Source: Nitrospirota bacterium
GTDB taxonomy: Bacteria; Nitrospirota; UBA9217
NCBI GenBank assembly: GCA_963818475.1
Contig: CAWFSF010000003.1
Location: 1 to 64,000 of the forward strand
Length of the DNA stretch: 64,000 bases
Direction of reading: 5' to 3'
The position numbers and the translations under genes were made by a program. Below are positions 1 to 10,381 of the stretch, piece after piece. The notes beneath the pieces were generated by a model. It searched no databases, was not told where the DNA came from, and saw nothing but the letters and a program-made list of their open reading frames with translations. Position 1 is the first letter of the stretch, and every line of letters begins with the position of its first letter.

Positions 1-799
1 CCTTTCGAACTGGCTCATGGGTTTTCTATCTTCCAACTCATCCTCGATGCTCTGCTTGGCATTGGATTTATACGTTGAGTGCTTGTCCAAATAGACACTC
101 TGTGGAATGCCGTAGCGCTTGATATACCGCTTGAAGCTATCCATGGCTGGCATGGTCCCCTCATAATCATAAAAGCGCCCATACACCGTTCCTGTGGCAT
201 CATCGATATATCCCATTAATACGCTCTCAGGACCCCGGCCTTCGAACCAGGCATGATGGGAGCCATCCATCTGGAGCATTTCACCAAAATGATGCTTCCT
301 CTCGCGCCATTGCCGGTGCTTTCTACCCTTGCGCTTCTCGTAAGGGATGCTTTCCTGATTAAGCCATAGACGGAGGGTTTCGTCGCTTAGCTTGATTTCA
401 TGAACATCAAGAAGCTTCTCGCAGGCAAAGGTGGGGCCAAAATCACTGTATTTCTCCCGATACAGCTTGAGTGCCTTGTCTTTTGCCTTCTGAGGGAATC
501 GACGATTCGAGGTTTTGCCGCGGGATCGGTGACTGATGCCGTCGTCTCCCTCCTTCCGTACTCGTTTGAGTATCCGTCGAATCTGCCTGCTGCTCAAGCC
601 TACAAGTTCAGCAGCTGTCTTCTGCGTGATCCTTTTATCCAATGCTTGGTGGATAATGTGCAGTCTTTTTGTTTCTCTCCTGCTCATAGTGATCATGTCC
701 ATTTCTGTCACAGTACCCTCCAATTACATCAGGGTATTGTAACTTAGAATAGGACATTTCTACTTTGGGAGAATAGGACATTATCATTTTGGGAGTACA
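1..799 (-). mobile_element. IS1202-family (ISNCY-type) insertion sequence, copy 1, cut by the window start; transposase 5' part at 1..723
   Basis: Matches 1427..2225 at an offset of 1426 (ORF track gives identical translations); ends in ...AGGACATTATCATTTTGGGAGTACA at 799. Confidence 0.9.
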
Positions 800-815
800 C
801 GATATCGGAGGGTAT
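800..815. repeat. 16-bp target-site duplication CGATATCGGAGGGTAT between IS copies 1 and 2; repeated at 2226..2241
   Basis: The same 16-mer is read directly on both sides of IS copy 2. Confidence 0.9.
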
Positions 816-2225
816 TGTCAACCCAAAGTAGAAATGTCCTACTCTTACCAAGATAGAAATGTCCGCTTTTAGGAAGCAATTGGAAATTGTACATTTGCTC
901 TGCGGAGTCTCTTCCATGGATGATCTGATGGTTGATACCGACTTGTCGGTTTCTTATTGACTGCCGGTGTTTTAGGGTTTTCTTTCGCTGGCCGTGTTTT
1001 GATCTCCCGATATGTTAATTCCAAGCCCCTGTGAGTGATATGCAGAGATCCATCGAGTCGTTCTTCCACTGCGACCTTTTGAGTCTTTATAGCGTCTTTG
1101 ATCTGGTACAGTTTGCCATTATAAGCTATGGTGAAATCGTTCCGTAGCGTACGCTCCTCTCGAATGCAGAAGATCTTGTCGAGTTCCCTTATGGATAGCG
1201 CGCGTTGGTGTACATCGGCTGCAGAAACGGGTTTTACCTTGAATTTCGCATTGTATATTGGATGATACTTTATCAGGAATTCGTTTGCCTGCACAACACT
1301 GTTTACCCTGGCAAGCCTCATCTCTTTAACCAATCGATCCTGGAGCGTTCGAAAACTTCTTTCTATCCTGCCTTTTGCCTGGGGTGAATTCGCATGGATG
1401 ACCGTTACCCCGAGTTCGGTTAGACTCCTTTCGAACTGGCTCATGGGTTTTCTATCTTCCAACTCATCCTCGATGCTCTGCTTGGCATTGGATTTATACG
1501 TTGAGTGCTTGTCCAAATAGACACTCTGTGGAATGCCGTAGCGCTTGATATACCGCTTGAAGCTATCCATGGCTGGCATGGTCCCCTCATAATCATAAAA
1601 GCGCCCATACACCGTTCCTGTGGCATCATCGATATATCCCATTAATACGCTCTCAGGACCCCGGCCTTCGAACCAGGCATGATGGGAGCCATCCATCTGG
1701 AGCATTTCACCAAAATGATGCTTCCTCTCGCGCCATTGCCGGTGCTTTCTACCCTTGCGCTTCTCGTAAGGGATGCTTTCCTGATTAAGCCATAGACGGA
1801 GGGTTTCGTCGCTTAGCTTGATTTCATGAACATCAAGAAGCTTCTCGCAGGCAAAGGTGGGGCCAAAATCACTGTATTTCTCCCGATACAGCTTGAGTGC
1901 CTTGTCTTTTGCCTTCTGAGGGAATCGACGATTCGAGGTTTTGCCGCGGGATCGGTGACTGATGCCGTCGTCTCCCTCCTTCCGTACTCGTTTGAGTATC
2001 CGTCGAATCTGCCTGCTGCTCAAGCCTACAAGTTCAGCAGCTGTCTTCTGCGTGATCCTTTTATCCAATGCTTGGTGGATAATGTGCAGTCTTTTTGTTT
2101 CTCTCCTGCTCATAGTGATCATGTCCATTTCTGTCACAGTACCCTCCAATTACATCAGGGTATTGTAACTTAGAATAGGACATTTCTACTTTGGGAGAAT
2201 AGGACATTATCATTTTGGGAGTACA
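816..2225 (-). mobile_element. IS1202-family (ISNCY-type) insertion sequence, copy 2, complete, 1410 bp
   Basis: 25-bp imperfect terminal IRs TGTCAACCCAAAGTAGAAATGTCCT / TGTACTCCCAAAATGATAATGTCCT, reiterated subterminal AGGACATT motifs, long TSD and a single transposase ORF. Confidence 0.9.
869..2149 (-). CDS. DDE (rve/IS481-related) transposase with N-terminal HTH, 426 aa
   Basis: Motifs QMDGSHHAWFE, YIDDATG, YLDKHS and SPQAKGRIERSFRTLQDRL. Confidence 0.92.
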   Translation of the reverse strand: MEGTVTEMDMITMSRRETKRLHIIHQALDKRITQKTAAELVGLSSRQIRRILKRVRKEGDDGISHRSRGKTSNRRFPQKAKDKALKLYREKYSDFGPTFACEKLLDVHEIKLSDETLRLWLNQESIPYEKRKGRKHRQWRERKHHFGEMLQMDGSHHAWFEGRGPESVLMGYIDDATGTVYGRFYDYEGTMPAMDSFKRYIKRYGIPQSVYLDKHSTYKSNAKQSIEDELEDRKPMSQFERSLTELGVTVIHANSPQAKGRIERSFRTLQDRLVKEMRLARVNSVVQANEFLIKYHPIYNAKFKVKPVSAADVHQRALSIRELDKIFCIREERTLRNDFTIAYNGKLYQIKDAIKTQKVAVEERLDGSLHITHRGLELTYREIKTRPAKENPKTPAVNKKPTSRYQPSDHPWKRLRRANVQFPIAS

Positions 2226-2282
2226 CGATATCGGAGGGTATGTCTGAGGGGTATTTTGCGAGTTTACCGGGAATACAGAAGC

Positions 2283-2403
2283 TAATGCAAACGAATTAAA
2301 TATTGTTACATCCAGGAAAGTCCCCCCTCGCCCAACCCTCTCCCCGCTGGGGAGAGGATAAAGGTGGGGCAAATCAGTAACGAATCTAAATGCGTTTGTA
2401 TTA
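2283..2403. repeat. MITE-like element: ~27-bp imperfect terminal IR enclosing a GC-rich CCCTCTCCCC..GGGGAGAGG palindrome
   Basis: TAATGCAAACGAATTAAATATTGTTAC pairs imperfectly with GTAACGAATCTAAATGCGTTTGTATTA; inner hairpin at 2322..2370. Confidence 0.55.
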
Positions 2404-2438
2404 ACCTGATGTGTTATAGAAAGACAACTACGCCGAGT

Positions 2439-4375
2439 TCAATCCCGGAACGACATCTTCAGTTCGTACATGCCGCCCTCGGCCCGCTTCTCGATGATGA
2501 ACCCCATCTTCTCGAAAAGCTGGAGCATCTGCCGGTTCTCCATCAGCACCGCCGCGGTGAATCCGAGGAGACCCTGCCTTCCGCGCCAGGTACGTGATGT
2601 AGGTGAGCAGCTCCTGCGCCGATGCCCTTGCCCTGGTGGTCGTCGCGCACCACGAAGGCGACCTCGGCCGTGTGGGTGTTCTCGTCGATCATGTACTGCG
2701 CCATGCCCACGATCATCTCCTTCGTCCTGCTGTCCTGGACCACCGCAAGGATCACCATCTCCTTCGGTGTAGTCGATCACCACGAAGGGCTGGAGCCGGT
2801 CATGGTGCATGTCGGTCCGCGTGGAAACGAACCGCTGGTACATGGAGTCGTTCGAAAGGGAGTAGAAAAAATCCTTCAGCAGCGGCTCGTCCGAGAGCTT
2901 GACCGGCCGCAGCAACAGCCGCAGCCCGGTGCGCGTGGTCTTGTAGGCCTCGAGCTCGTCGGGATATTCTCCCTGCACGCCCGGGATGAAGGCCTGGTCG
3001 CTGTAGATGAGATTCCGCTTCTTCGCCTCCTCGATCAGCCACTGCCGGAACTTGGGGTGGGCGATGGCGATCAGGTCCATGGCCCGCTCGCGGATGTTCT
3101 TGCCGTGCAGGTAGGCGATGCCGTACTCGGTCACGACGTAGTGGATGTCGCCGCGGGACAGCGTCACGCCGGCGCCCTTCCTTCAGGAACGGGGACGATC
3201 CGCGATACGGTCCCCTCCTCGGCCGTGGACTGGATCGCCAGGATGGTCTTGCCGCCCTGGGACAGGATGGCGCCGCGCATGAAGTCCGCCTGGCCGCCGA
3301 TGCCGCTGTAAAAGGTCTTGCCCGAGGGATTCGGCCGTGGCCTGGCCGGAAAGGTCGATCTCGAGCGCGCTGTTGATGGCGGTCATGTTCTTCTGGCGCG
3401 CGAGCACCGTGGGATTGTTCGTATAGTTCACGGGCCGGAACTCGATGCCGGGATTGTCGTGGAGGAATTCGTAGGTGTCCTGCTTGCCCATGCAGAAGGC
3501 CGCCACGGTCTTGCCGCGGTTCAGCTCCTTGCGCGAGTTGTCGATGACCCGCTCCCGCATCAGGTCCACGATGCCGTCGGTCAGAAGCTCGGTATGCACA
3601 CCGAGGTGCTCCTTGTTCTTGCAGATGGGCGAGGATCGCGTTCGGTATGCTGCCGTAGCCCACCTGGATCGTGTCGCCGTCCTGGACGATGCGCGCGACA
3701 TAGTTGCCGATCTTCTGGGCGATGTCGTCGGCCACCGTGTCCTCGAACTCCAGGAGCGGCTCGTCGCAGGGCATGATGAAGTCCACGTCCTTGATATTGA
3801 TGAAGGTGTCGCCCAGCACGCGGGGCATCCGTGCGTTCACCTGGGCGATGACGAGGGCGGCGTTCTCGGCGGCGGCCTTCACGATGTCGACGCTGATGCC
3901 GAGGCTCATGAAGCCGTGCTCGTCCGGCAGCGACGTCTGGATCAGCGCCACGTCCACGGGCACCAGCTTCTTCTGGAACAGGCCGGGCACCTGGGAGAGG
4001 AAGATCGGCGTGTAGTCCGCCAGCCCCTGGTTGACCGCTTCGCGGGTGTTGTTGCCGATGAAGAAGGAGTTGTGCCGGAAGGTCTCCTTGAACTTCGCGT
4101 CCGCGTAGGGCGCCACGCCCAGGGTCCAGACCTGCAGCAGCTCGGTGTCGAAGAAGGCCTTGGGATTGGACGTGACATAGTTGATGAGCGCGCTGACCAG
4201 GTACTGCGGCTCCCCGCACCCCGTGCCGATGAAGATCCGGTTGCCGGGATGAATGATTCTTGAAGATCCGCTCCTCGGTCGGGAACTTCTCCGGGTAGAG
4301 CGCCTTCATGATCTCCAGTTGTTTATGCAGTTCTGCATGGCCACGCTTTCGCACCTCGTTACGACGAACTCTCAT
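2439..4375 (-). CDS. Acetyl-CoA hydrolase / 4-hydroxybutyrate CoA-transferase family protein fused to a C-terminal GNAT domain; several frameshifts
   Basis: Pieces in different frames: IFIGTGCGEPQYL, DYTPIFLSQVP, DGDTIQVGYGSIPNA, INSALEIDLSGQ, VVTEYGIAYLHGKNIRERA, then GNAT AEVAFVVRDDHQGKGIG. Confidence 0.85.
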
Positions 4376-4548
4376 TGCTGAGTATAGCAAAAAACCGGTC
4401 TTTCCGTTCACACTAGTTGCTTCCGTCTCGGCCCCGGGGATGCATACCCTGAAATTACCCTGACCGGGTCATTGACGCATAGCTGCTCTTCCAGTAAAAT
4501 CGGCATATATCAGAGAGATAAGCGCATCACAGCACCAGGGGGGGCCGA

Positions 4549-4917
4549 ATGGAAACCGAGCGGGTCAAGTTCATCACGCACCACGAAAAAGAGATCCTGT
4601 TTCTCGATTTTTCGAACACGCTGCCGCATGAAGTATTGCAGACCATCGAAGTCGCCAAGCGGGTGATCAGCGCCAGGCCGGAGGGTTCCATCCTGACCCT
4701 GACCGACGTAACGAACGCCCGGTTCAATGATGCAGTGAGCGATGGCCTGAAGAAGTTCACGGCCCACAACAAGCCCTATGTGAAAGCCGGTGCCGTGGTG
4801 GGCGTCACGGGCCTCAAGCGGATCATCTTCAGTGCTGTCCTCACCTTTTCCCGGAGAAACCTCGAGGCCTTTGATGACATCGAACAGGCAAAACACTGGC
4901 TGGCGAACAATAATTAG
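4549..4917 (+). CDS. SpoIIAA/STAS-like small alpha/beta protein, paralog 1
   Basis: ILFLDFS...AVVGVTG...FDDIEQAKHWL pattern; clearly similar to the next gene. Confidence 0.65.
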   Translation: METERVKFITHHEKEILFLDFSNTLPHEVLQTIEVAKRVISARPEGSILTLTDVTNARFNDAVSDGLKKFTAHNKPYVKAGAVVGVTGLKRIIFSAVLTFSRRNLEAFDDIEQAKHWLANNN

Positions 4918-5013
4918 CGGCCAACGCCTTACAAAGTTCTTCTCATGCTGATTCCGGTTGTGCTATAGTGTCATTCCGCCTGAGAACAGGCACGAGCACA
5001 CTTGGAGGCAGGG

Positions 5014-5373
5014 ATGACACGGGTTGCATTCATCAAACATAGCGACAAAGAGATCCTCTTTCTGGATTTTTCGAATTGCAGGCCCGATGACGTTTTCCCG
5101 ATCATTGACGAAGCGAAAAAAGCCATCTGCACGCGCCCGGAAAACAGCGTGTTTACGCTTACCAACGTGACCAACATGCGTTTCGACGAGCGCGTAAGCG
5201 AACGGATGAAAGAGTTCACCATTCACAATAGACCGTACGTCAGAGCAGCAGCGGTCGTTGGTGTTGAGGGCGTTAAAAAGATCATCCTGAGTGCCGTCAT
5301 GCTGTTCTCCAAGCGGAAATTCCACACCTTCGACGACCTTGAAAGCGCGAAAAACTGGCTCGTCACCAATTAA
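5014..5373 (+). CDS. SpoIIAA/STAS-like small alpha/beta protein, paralog 2
   Basis: KEILFLDFSN...AVVGVEG...FDDLESAKNWL; GGAGG RBS before ATG 5014. Confidence 0.65.
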   Translation: MTRVAFIKHSDKEILFLDFSNCRPDDVFPIIDEAKKAICTRPENSVFTLTNVTNMRFDERVSERMKEFTIHNRPYVRAAAVVGVEGVKKIILSAVMLFSKRKFHTFDDLESAKNWLVTN

Positions 5374-5482
5374 GACCGGCGTCAGTGAGCGCGCGATCAG
5401 GGACGGAAAAAACCTGCTCTCTGCTCCGGCTTCCGACTTTTCTTCCCTTGACCCTTCGTTGTTTCTCAACTACACTTACACC

Positions 5483-7598
5483 ATGCTTGACGCCCTGTTT
5501 ACTCCCCGCTCCATCGCCGTCATCGGCGCTTCGCAAGACCCCAAAAAGGTCGGCTTCGCAATTCTGAATAATCTTAAAAAATTCAACTTCACGGGCAGGC
5601 CTCTACCCGGTCAATCCCGCAGGCGGCGAGATCCTGGGGCTGACGGCGCTATCCAAAGATCGCCGACATCGGCAGGGAGATCGACCTTGCGGTCATCGTC
5701 ATTCCCGCCAAATTCGTGCCTGCGTCGCTCCGGGAATGCGCGGCAGCAGGCATCAGGTCTGCCGTCGTCATCAGCGCGGGATTCAAGGAAGCGGGCAAGG
5801 AAGGAACGCTGCTCGAAGAGGAGCTGAAAGCGATCAGCAGAGAGCGGAACATCCGCATCCTGGGGCCCAACTGCCTGGGGCTGATCAACACCGCGAACAA
5901 CATGAACGCCACCTTTGCCGCGGACATGCTGCCGCAGCGGCTCCATCGGATTTTTCTCGCAGTCCGGCGCCATGGGCATCGCCATCATGGACTGGGCCAT
6001 CGGGAACGAGGTCGGCTTCTCGAAGTTCATCAGCCTCGGGAACAAGGCCGATCTGTCGGAGATCGACTTCATCGAATACTTCATGGACGACCCGGAAACG
6101 AGCCTCATTCTCGGCTATATCGAGGACGTGGTGGACGGCAAGCGGTTCATGGAGGTCGCCCGGAAGGCCACAAAGGTGAAGCCCATCGTCCTGCTCAAAT
6201 CCGGCGGCACCGAGGCCGGAGCGCGAGCAGCCTCGTCCCACACCGGCGCCCTTGCCGGCTCCGACGTTGCCTTCGACGCGGCCTTCAAACAGACCGGCGT
6301 GGTGCGGGCCCAGGGCGTGCAGGACCTCTTTGACACGGCCATGGCCTTTTCCGAGGGAAAGATCCCCGCCGGGAACGGCCTGCTCGTGATCACCAATGCC
6401 GGCGGCCCGGGCATTATCGCGGCTGATACGGCCGAGCGGCTCGGCATTGCGCTCCCGCACATGACCAGGGAGAGCATCACGGCCATGGCGCTCAAGCTGC
6501 CGCCCAATGCCACGGTCTTCAATCCCGTGGATGTGATCGGCGACGCCACGTCGGAGCGCTATGCAGCCGTGCTCGAACAGGCATCGAAGGACCCCAACGT
6601 GGACGGCATCCTCGTCATCCTTACGCCCCAGGCCATGACGGACATGGAGAAGACCGCCGATGCGATCATCGCGACGGCACAGACCACGGACAAGCCGATC
6701 ATCACGTCCTTCATGGGAGAAAAACGGGTGCGTCCGGCCATCGACAAGCTCAAGGACGCGTCGATCCCCAACTTCTCCTACCCCGAGCTCGCGGTCAAGG
6801 CCTTCAAGCGGCTGGCTGACCAGCAGGCCTGGAAAAATGTGGTCCCGGAGGAGCTTTCCACCTGCTGGTATAATTTCGATGCTGCTGCCGAGACCGTTTC
6901 GTCCATCCTGAAGCAGGGCATCTACCAGGTGGGCGAGGAAGAGGCCATGCAGATCCTCACCTACTACGGGTTCCAGTTCCCGAAGCACGCTGTCGCCCGG
7001 ACCTCTCGTGAAGCCGCCGAGCAGGCTGCCCGGATCGGCTTCCCGGTGGTGATGAAGATATTATCGCCCGACATCCTGCACAAGACCGACGTGGGCGGCG
7101 TGCGCGTCAACGTCAAGACCGCGAAGGAGGCGGAGGAGGCCTTCACCGACATCACGACCAACGCCCGGCGCATCATGCGCGATGCCTTTATCAAGGGCGT
7201 GATGATCAGCGAAATGGTCAAAGGCGGCAAGGAAGTGATCCTCGGCGTGACCTATGACCGCACCTTCGGCCATATGATCATGTTCGGCCTGGGCGGCATC
7301 TATGTCGAGGTGCTGAAGGACGTGTCCTTCAGGATCGTGCCGGTGGCGCGGCGCGACGCCGTGGCCATGGTGAACGAGATCAGGACCGCTGGCGCTTCTG
7401 CGCGGCGCCCGGGGCGAGCGGCCGGCGGACATCGATGCCATCGCAAGCTACATCGTGAACCTCTCGTGCCTCGTGTCCGACTTCCCCGAGATCCAGGAGC
7501 TGGACGTGAACCCGCTGGTGGTGATGGAAGAAGGCGCCATGGCGCTGGACGCGAGGATCATCTTTGCAGGGCAGGGTCAAGGGTCAAGTAGCAAGTAG
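5483..7598 (+). CDS. ADP-forming acetate-CoA ligase (fused alpha-beta, ATP-grasp); frameshifted
   Basis: SIAVIGAS, ILGPNCLG, SQSGAMG, AASSHTGALAG, ITNAGGPG, HKTDVGGV, FGLGGIYVE and ELDVNPL across three frames. Confidence 0.88.
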
Positions 7599-7602
7599 CA
7601 AG
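7572..7602. repeat. Heptamer tandem repeats (CAAGGGT/CAAGTAG) upstream of the four-helix-bundle gene
   Basis: CAGGGTCAAGGGTCAAGTAGCAAGTAGCAAG; complementary tract at 8080..8172. Confidence 0.7.
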
Positions 7603-7611
7603 GAGGAACGA

Positions 7612-8007
7612 GTGTCAGATGCACTGAAAAATGAACCAAAGGGATTTAGAACGCTTACTGCGTGGAAAAAAGCTTACGAGTTGACGCTTGACGTTTACCG
7701 GCTATCAAAAAAATTTCCCCGGGAAGAAATCTACGCACTGACATCTCAACTTCAGCGAGCTGCGGTTTCAGTTCCTGCAAATATCGCAGAAGGATACGAA
7801 CGAAATCATCGAAAAGAATATCTCCAGTTCCTGTTCATCGCAAAGGGTTCATTAGGGGAAGTTGAAACCTATCTCCTGCTGGCAAGAGATCTCGGCTACA
7901 TGACCGAGAATGAATACTCTACAGCAAGTGCGATCCGGGAAGAGACAGCTCGCATCATCAAAGGACTTATTAGGGCAGTGGAAAGACGAACGGATAGTTG
8001 CAAGTAG
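7612..8007 (+). CDS. Four-helix-bundle protein (23S rRNA intervening-sequence / bAvd-like family)
   Basis: FPREEIYALTSQLQRAAVSVPANIAEG and FLFIAKGSLGEVETYL; AGGAGG RBS with GTG start. Confidence 0.92.
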   Translation: MSDALKNEPKGFRTLTAWKKAYELTLDVYRLSKKFPREEIYALTSQLQRAAVSVPANIAEGYERNHRKEYLQFLFIAKGSLGEVETYLLLARDLGYMTENEYSTASAIREETARIIKGLIRAVERRTDSCK

Positions 8008-8172
8008 CAAAGGGAAAGCAGCAAGGAAGACTAAATGCCGCGAACAAGATCAAACAAAAAGTTCCGGGTCTTGTTTCCTTCCTACATGCTACTTGACACT
8101 TGACCCTATCTCTTTTCACCCTTGCCACTTGCTACTTGCTACTTGACCCTTGATTCTGGATACTTGACCCTT
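8000..8172. repeat. Heptamer tandem repeats (CTACTTG/ACCCTTG) downstream of the four-helix-bundle gene
   Basis: CTTGCCACTTGCTACTTGCTACTTGACCCTTG and related units, the reverse complement of the upstream tract. Confidence 0.7.
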
Positions 8173-8188
8173 TATTTTAGGAGGCAGC

Positions 8189-9250
8189 ATGATTCCCATC
8201 TTAGTAGCATCCAACACCGGCTACGCCGGCAGAACGTTCATCTCCCTCGGCATTGCCATGAAGCTCATGGACATGGGCCACACGGTCGGGTTCATGAAGC
8301 CCATCGGGACCGTGCCGATAAAATCGGGTGACAGCGTATATGATGCCGACGCCCTGTTCATCAAGGAGGTCCTGGAGCTGGACGAACCGCTCGAGACGAT
8401 CACGCCTTTTATGCAGACCTACGAGAGCCAGACGCTGCTGTACCAGGGGAAGATCAAGGACGCGCAGAAGGATGTCCTGGCGGCGTTCAAGTCATTAAAG
8501 AAGAAGGACTTCGTCATCATCTGCGGAGGCGGCGACTTTTTTGACGGTTCGCTTCTCGGGCTCGATACGCTCTCCCTTTCGGCCGCAATAAAAGCGCAGG
8601 TTCTCATGGTCGAACCCTGGCGCGGCGATGATTCGGTGGACGCACTCTTCGGCGCGCGCACCCTCCTGGGCGACCGCTTTGCCGGCGGCGTACTGAACAA
8701 GATACCGGCAACCATGCTGGACCATATCAAAGAGACCGTGAAGCCGTTCCTGGAGCGAAAAGGCGTGCCGGTCTTCGGCGTGATCCCCAGGGACAAGTTC
8801 CTGGAGTCCACGACCGTGGCCCAGTTGAACGAGATCCTGAACGGCAAGGTGCTCTGCTGCGAGGACAAGCTCGATGAGTTTGTGGAGAACTTTCTCATCG
8901 GCGCCATGGATGTGGACAGCGCACTCAATTATTTCCGCAGGACGCCGAACAAGGCCGTGATCACCGGCGCCCACCGCTCCGACATACAGCTTGCCGCGCT
9001 GGAGACCTCGACAAAATGCATCATCCTGACCGGCGGGTTCCAGACCAACGAGGTAGTGCTCGGCAAAGCGCAGGCGCGCGGCGTTCCCATTCTGTCCGTG
9101 TCGGACGACACCTTCAGCGCCATCAACAAGATCGAGCTCCGCATGGGAAAAACGAGCATCCGGGAAAAGAAAAAGATGACCCGCATCAGGGAGCTGATCA
9201 GCGCCGGATTCGACATGTACGGGTTCTTAAAGAAACTGGGCAAGGTCTAG
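8189..9250 (+). CDS. Phosphotransacetylase N-terminal-like (BioD-like + DRTGG) protein
   Basis: N-terminal degenerate P-loop (TGYAGRT), GFMKPIG, VITGAHRSDIQLAALE and CIILTGG. Confidence 0.85.
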   Translation: MIPILVASNTGYAGRTFISLGIAMKLMDMGHTVGFMKPIGTVPIKSGDSVYDADALFIKEVLELDEPLETITPFMQTYESQTLLYQGKIKDAQKDVLAAFKSLKKKDFVIICGGGDFFDGSLLGLDTLSLSAAIKAQVLMVEPWRGDDSVDALFGARTLLGDRFAGGVLNKIPATMLDHIKETVKPFLERKGVPVFGVIPRDKFLESTTVAQLNEILNGKVLCCEDKLDEFVENFLIGAMDVDSALNYFRRTPNKAVITGAHRSDIQLAALETSTKCIILTGGFQTNEVVLGKAQARGVPILSVSDDTFSAINKIELRMGKTSIREKKKMTRIRELISAGFDMYGFLKKLGKV

Positions 9251-9254
9251 GAAT

Positions 9255-9362
9255 ACTGTAGCAAGCAGCATGTAGCAAGGGGCAAGGGTGGACCCGGGCT
9301 TTCCTGACTACTTGCTACTTATCCCTTGCTGCTCGACCCTCGACCCCTGGTACTCGATCCTT
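9255..9362. repeat. Self-complementary heptamer repeat tract of the same family, without an ORF
   Basis: TAGCAAGCAGCATGTAGCAAGGGGCAAGGG followed by CTACTTGCTACTTATCCCTTGCTGCTCGACCC. Confidence 0.6.
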
Positions 9363-9413
9363 CAGAAGGAGGATTGGACAGCGCGACGAGCGTGGTGCAC
9401 GCTTACGATAAAT

Positions 9414-9514
9414 CTTTGACACGGAAGAGGCTGATAAAGGCTATGATAGCGGCGGATACAGCAAGGCCTTATCCGGATTTTTCATAATTTAATCCGCCCT
9501 GATCCGTGTCAAAG
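9414..9514. repeat. Intergenic palindromic element (TTTGACACGGA...TCCGTGTCAAA family)
   Basis: 12-bp terminal IR; related copy at 13065..13202. Confidence 0.6.
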
Positions 9515-9560
9515 GTCCTTTTGCCTGTTTTATGTTTCGCCCAGCTGGAAATGACATCAT

Positions 9561-10370
9561 ATGTCCAGATCAATGACGCTTCCCATCGTTCAAGTTGACG
9601 CTTTCACCGACCGCGCCTTTTCGGGCAATCCAGCTGCGGTTTGCCTGCTCGACGCGCCGCGCGAGGACGGCTGGATGCAGAACGTGGCGCGCGAAATGAA
9701 CCTGTCCGAGACGGCATTCTTGATAAGACGCGATGATGGTTTTGATCTGCGCTGGTTCACTCCTGAGGTAGAAGTGGATCTCTGCGGCCACGCAACTCTG
9801 GCAAGCGCTCATGTGCTGTGGGAAGAGGAGATCCTTGACAAAAAAGAACCTGCGCGCTTCCACACCCGGAGCGGGCTCCTCGCGGCGACCAGAAAGGATG
9901 GATGGATCGAAATGGACTTTCCTGCTGAGCCGCCAAAGCCGGCCATAGCCACTCCGGCACTGAGCAGGGCACTCGGAACGACACTGGTCTCCATTGGCAA
10001 GAACCGTTTTGATTATCTGGTGGAGCTCGAGTCGGAAGAGGTGCTTCGCAACCTGCATCCGGACCTTGCTTTGCTCAAAACAATCCCTGCCCGCGGTGTG
10101 ATCGTCACCTCAGTGTCCGATTCGAAGGACTATGACTTTGTCTCCCGCTTCTTTGCGCCGGCTGTCGGGATCGACGAGGACCCCGTCACTGGCTCTGCCC
10201 ACTGCTGCCTCGGCCCCTACTGGCAAAAACGGCTCAAGAAGGACTCCTTCACCGCTTATCAGGCTTCTGCCCGCGGCGGCATCGTGCGCCTGAGCATACA
10301 GCGTGACCGCGTCATGCTCAGCGGACAGGCGGTCACGGTCCTGCGTGGAGAACTGCTGGACCTGCGGTAA
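9561..10370 (+). CDS. PhzF family isomerase
   Basis: QVDAF..FSGNPAAV, NLSETAF, EVDLCGHATLA and EDPVTGSAHC. Confidence 0.93.
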   Translation: MSRSMTLPIVQVDAFTDRAFSGNPAAVCLLDAPREDGWMQNVAREMNLSETAFLIRRDDGFDLRWFTPEVEVDLCGHATLASAHVLWEEEILDKKEPARFHTRSGLLAATRKDGWIEMDFPAEPPKPAIATPALSRALGTTLVSIGKNRFDYLVELESEEVLRNLHPDLALLKTIPARGVIVTSVSDSKDYDFVSRFFAPAVGIDEDPVTGSAHCCLGPYWQKRLKKDSFTAYQASARGGIVRLSIQRDRVMLSGQAVTVLRGELLDLR

Positions 10371-10381
10371 AGGAGAACATC

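Noticed and set aside
7612-8007. Diversity-generating retroelement (Avd-like gene)
   Set aside because: No reverse transcriptase and no TR/VR pair seen in the window.
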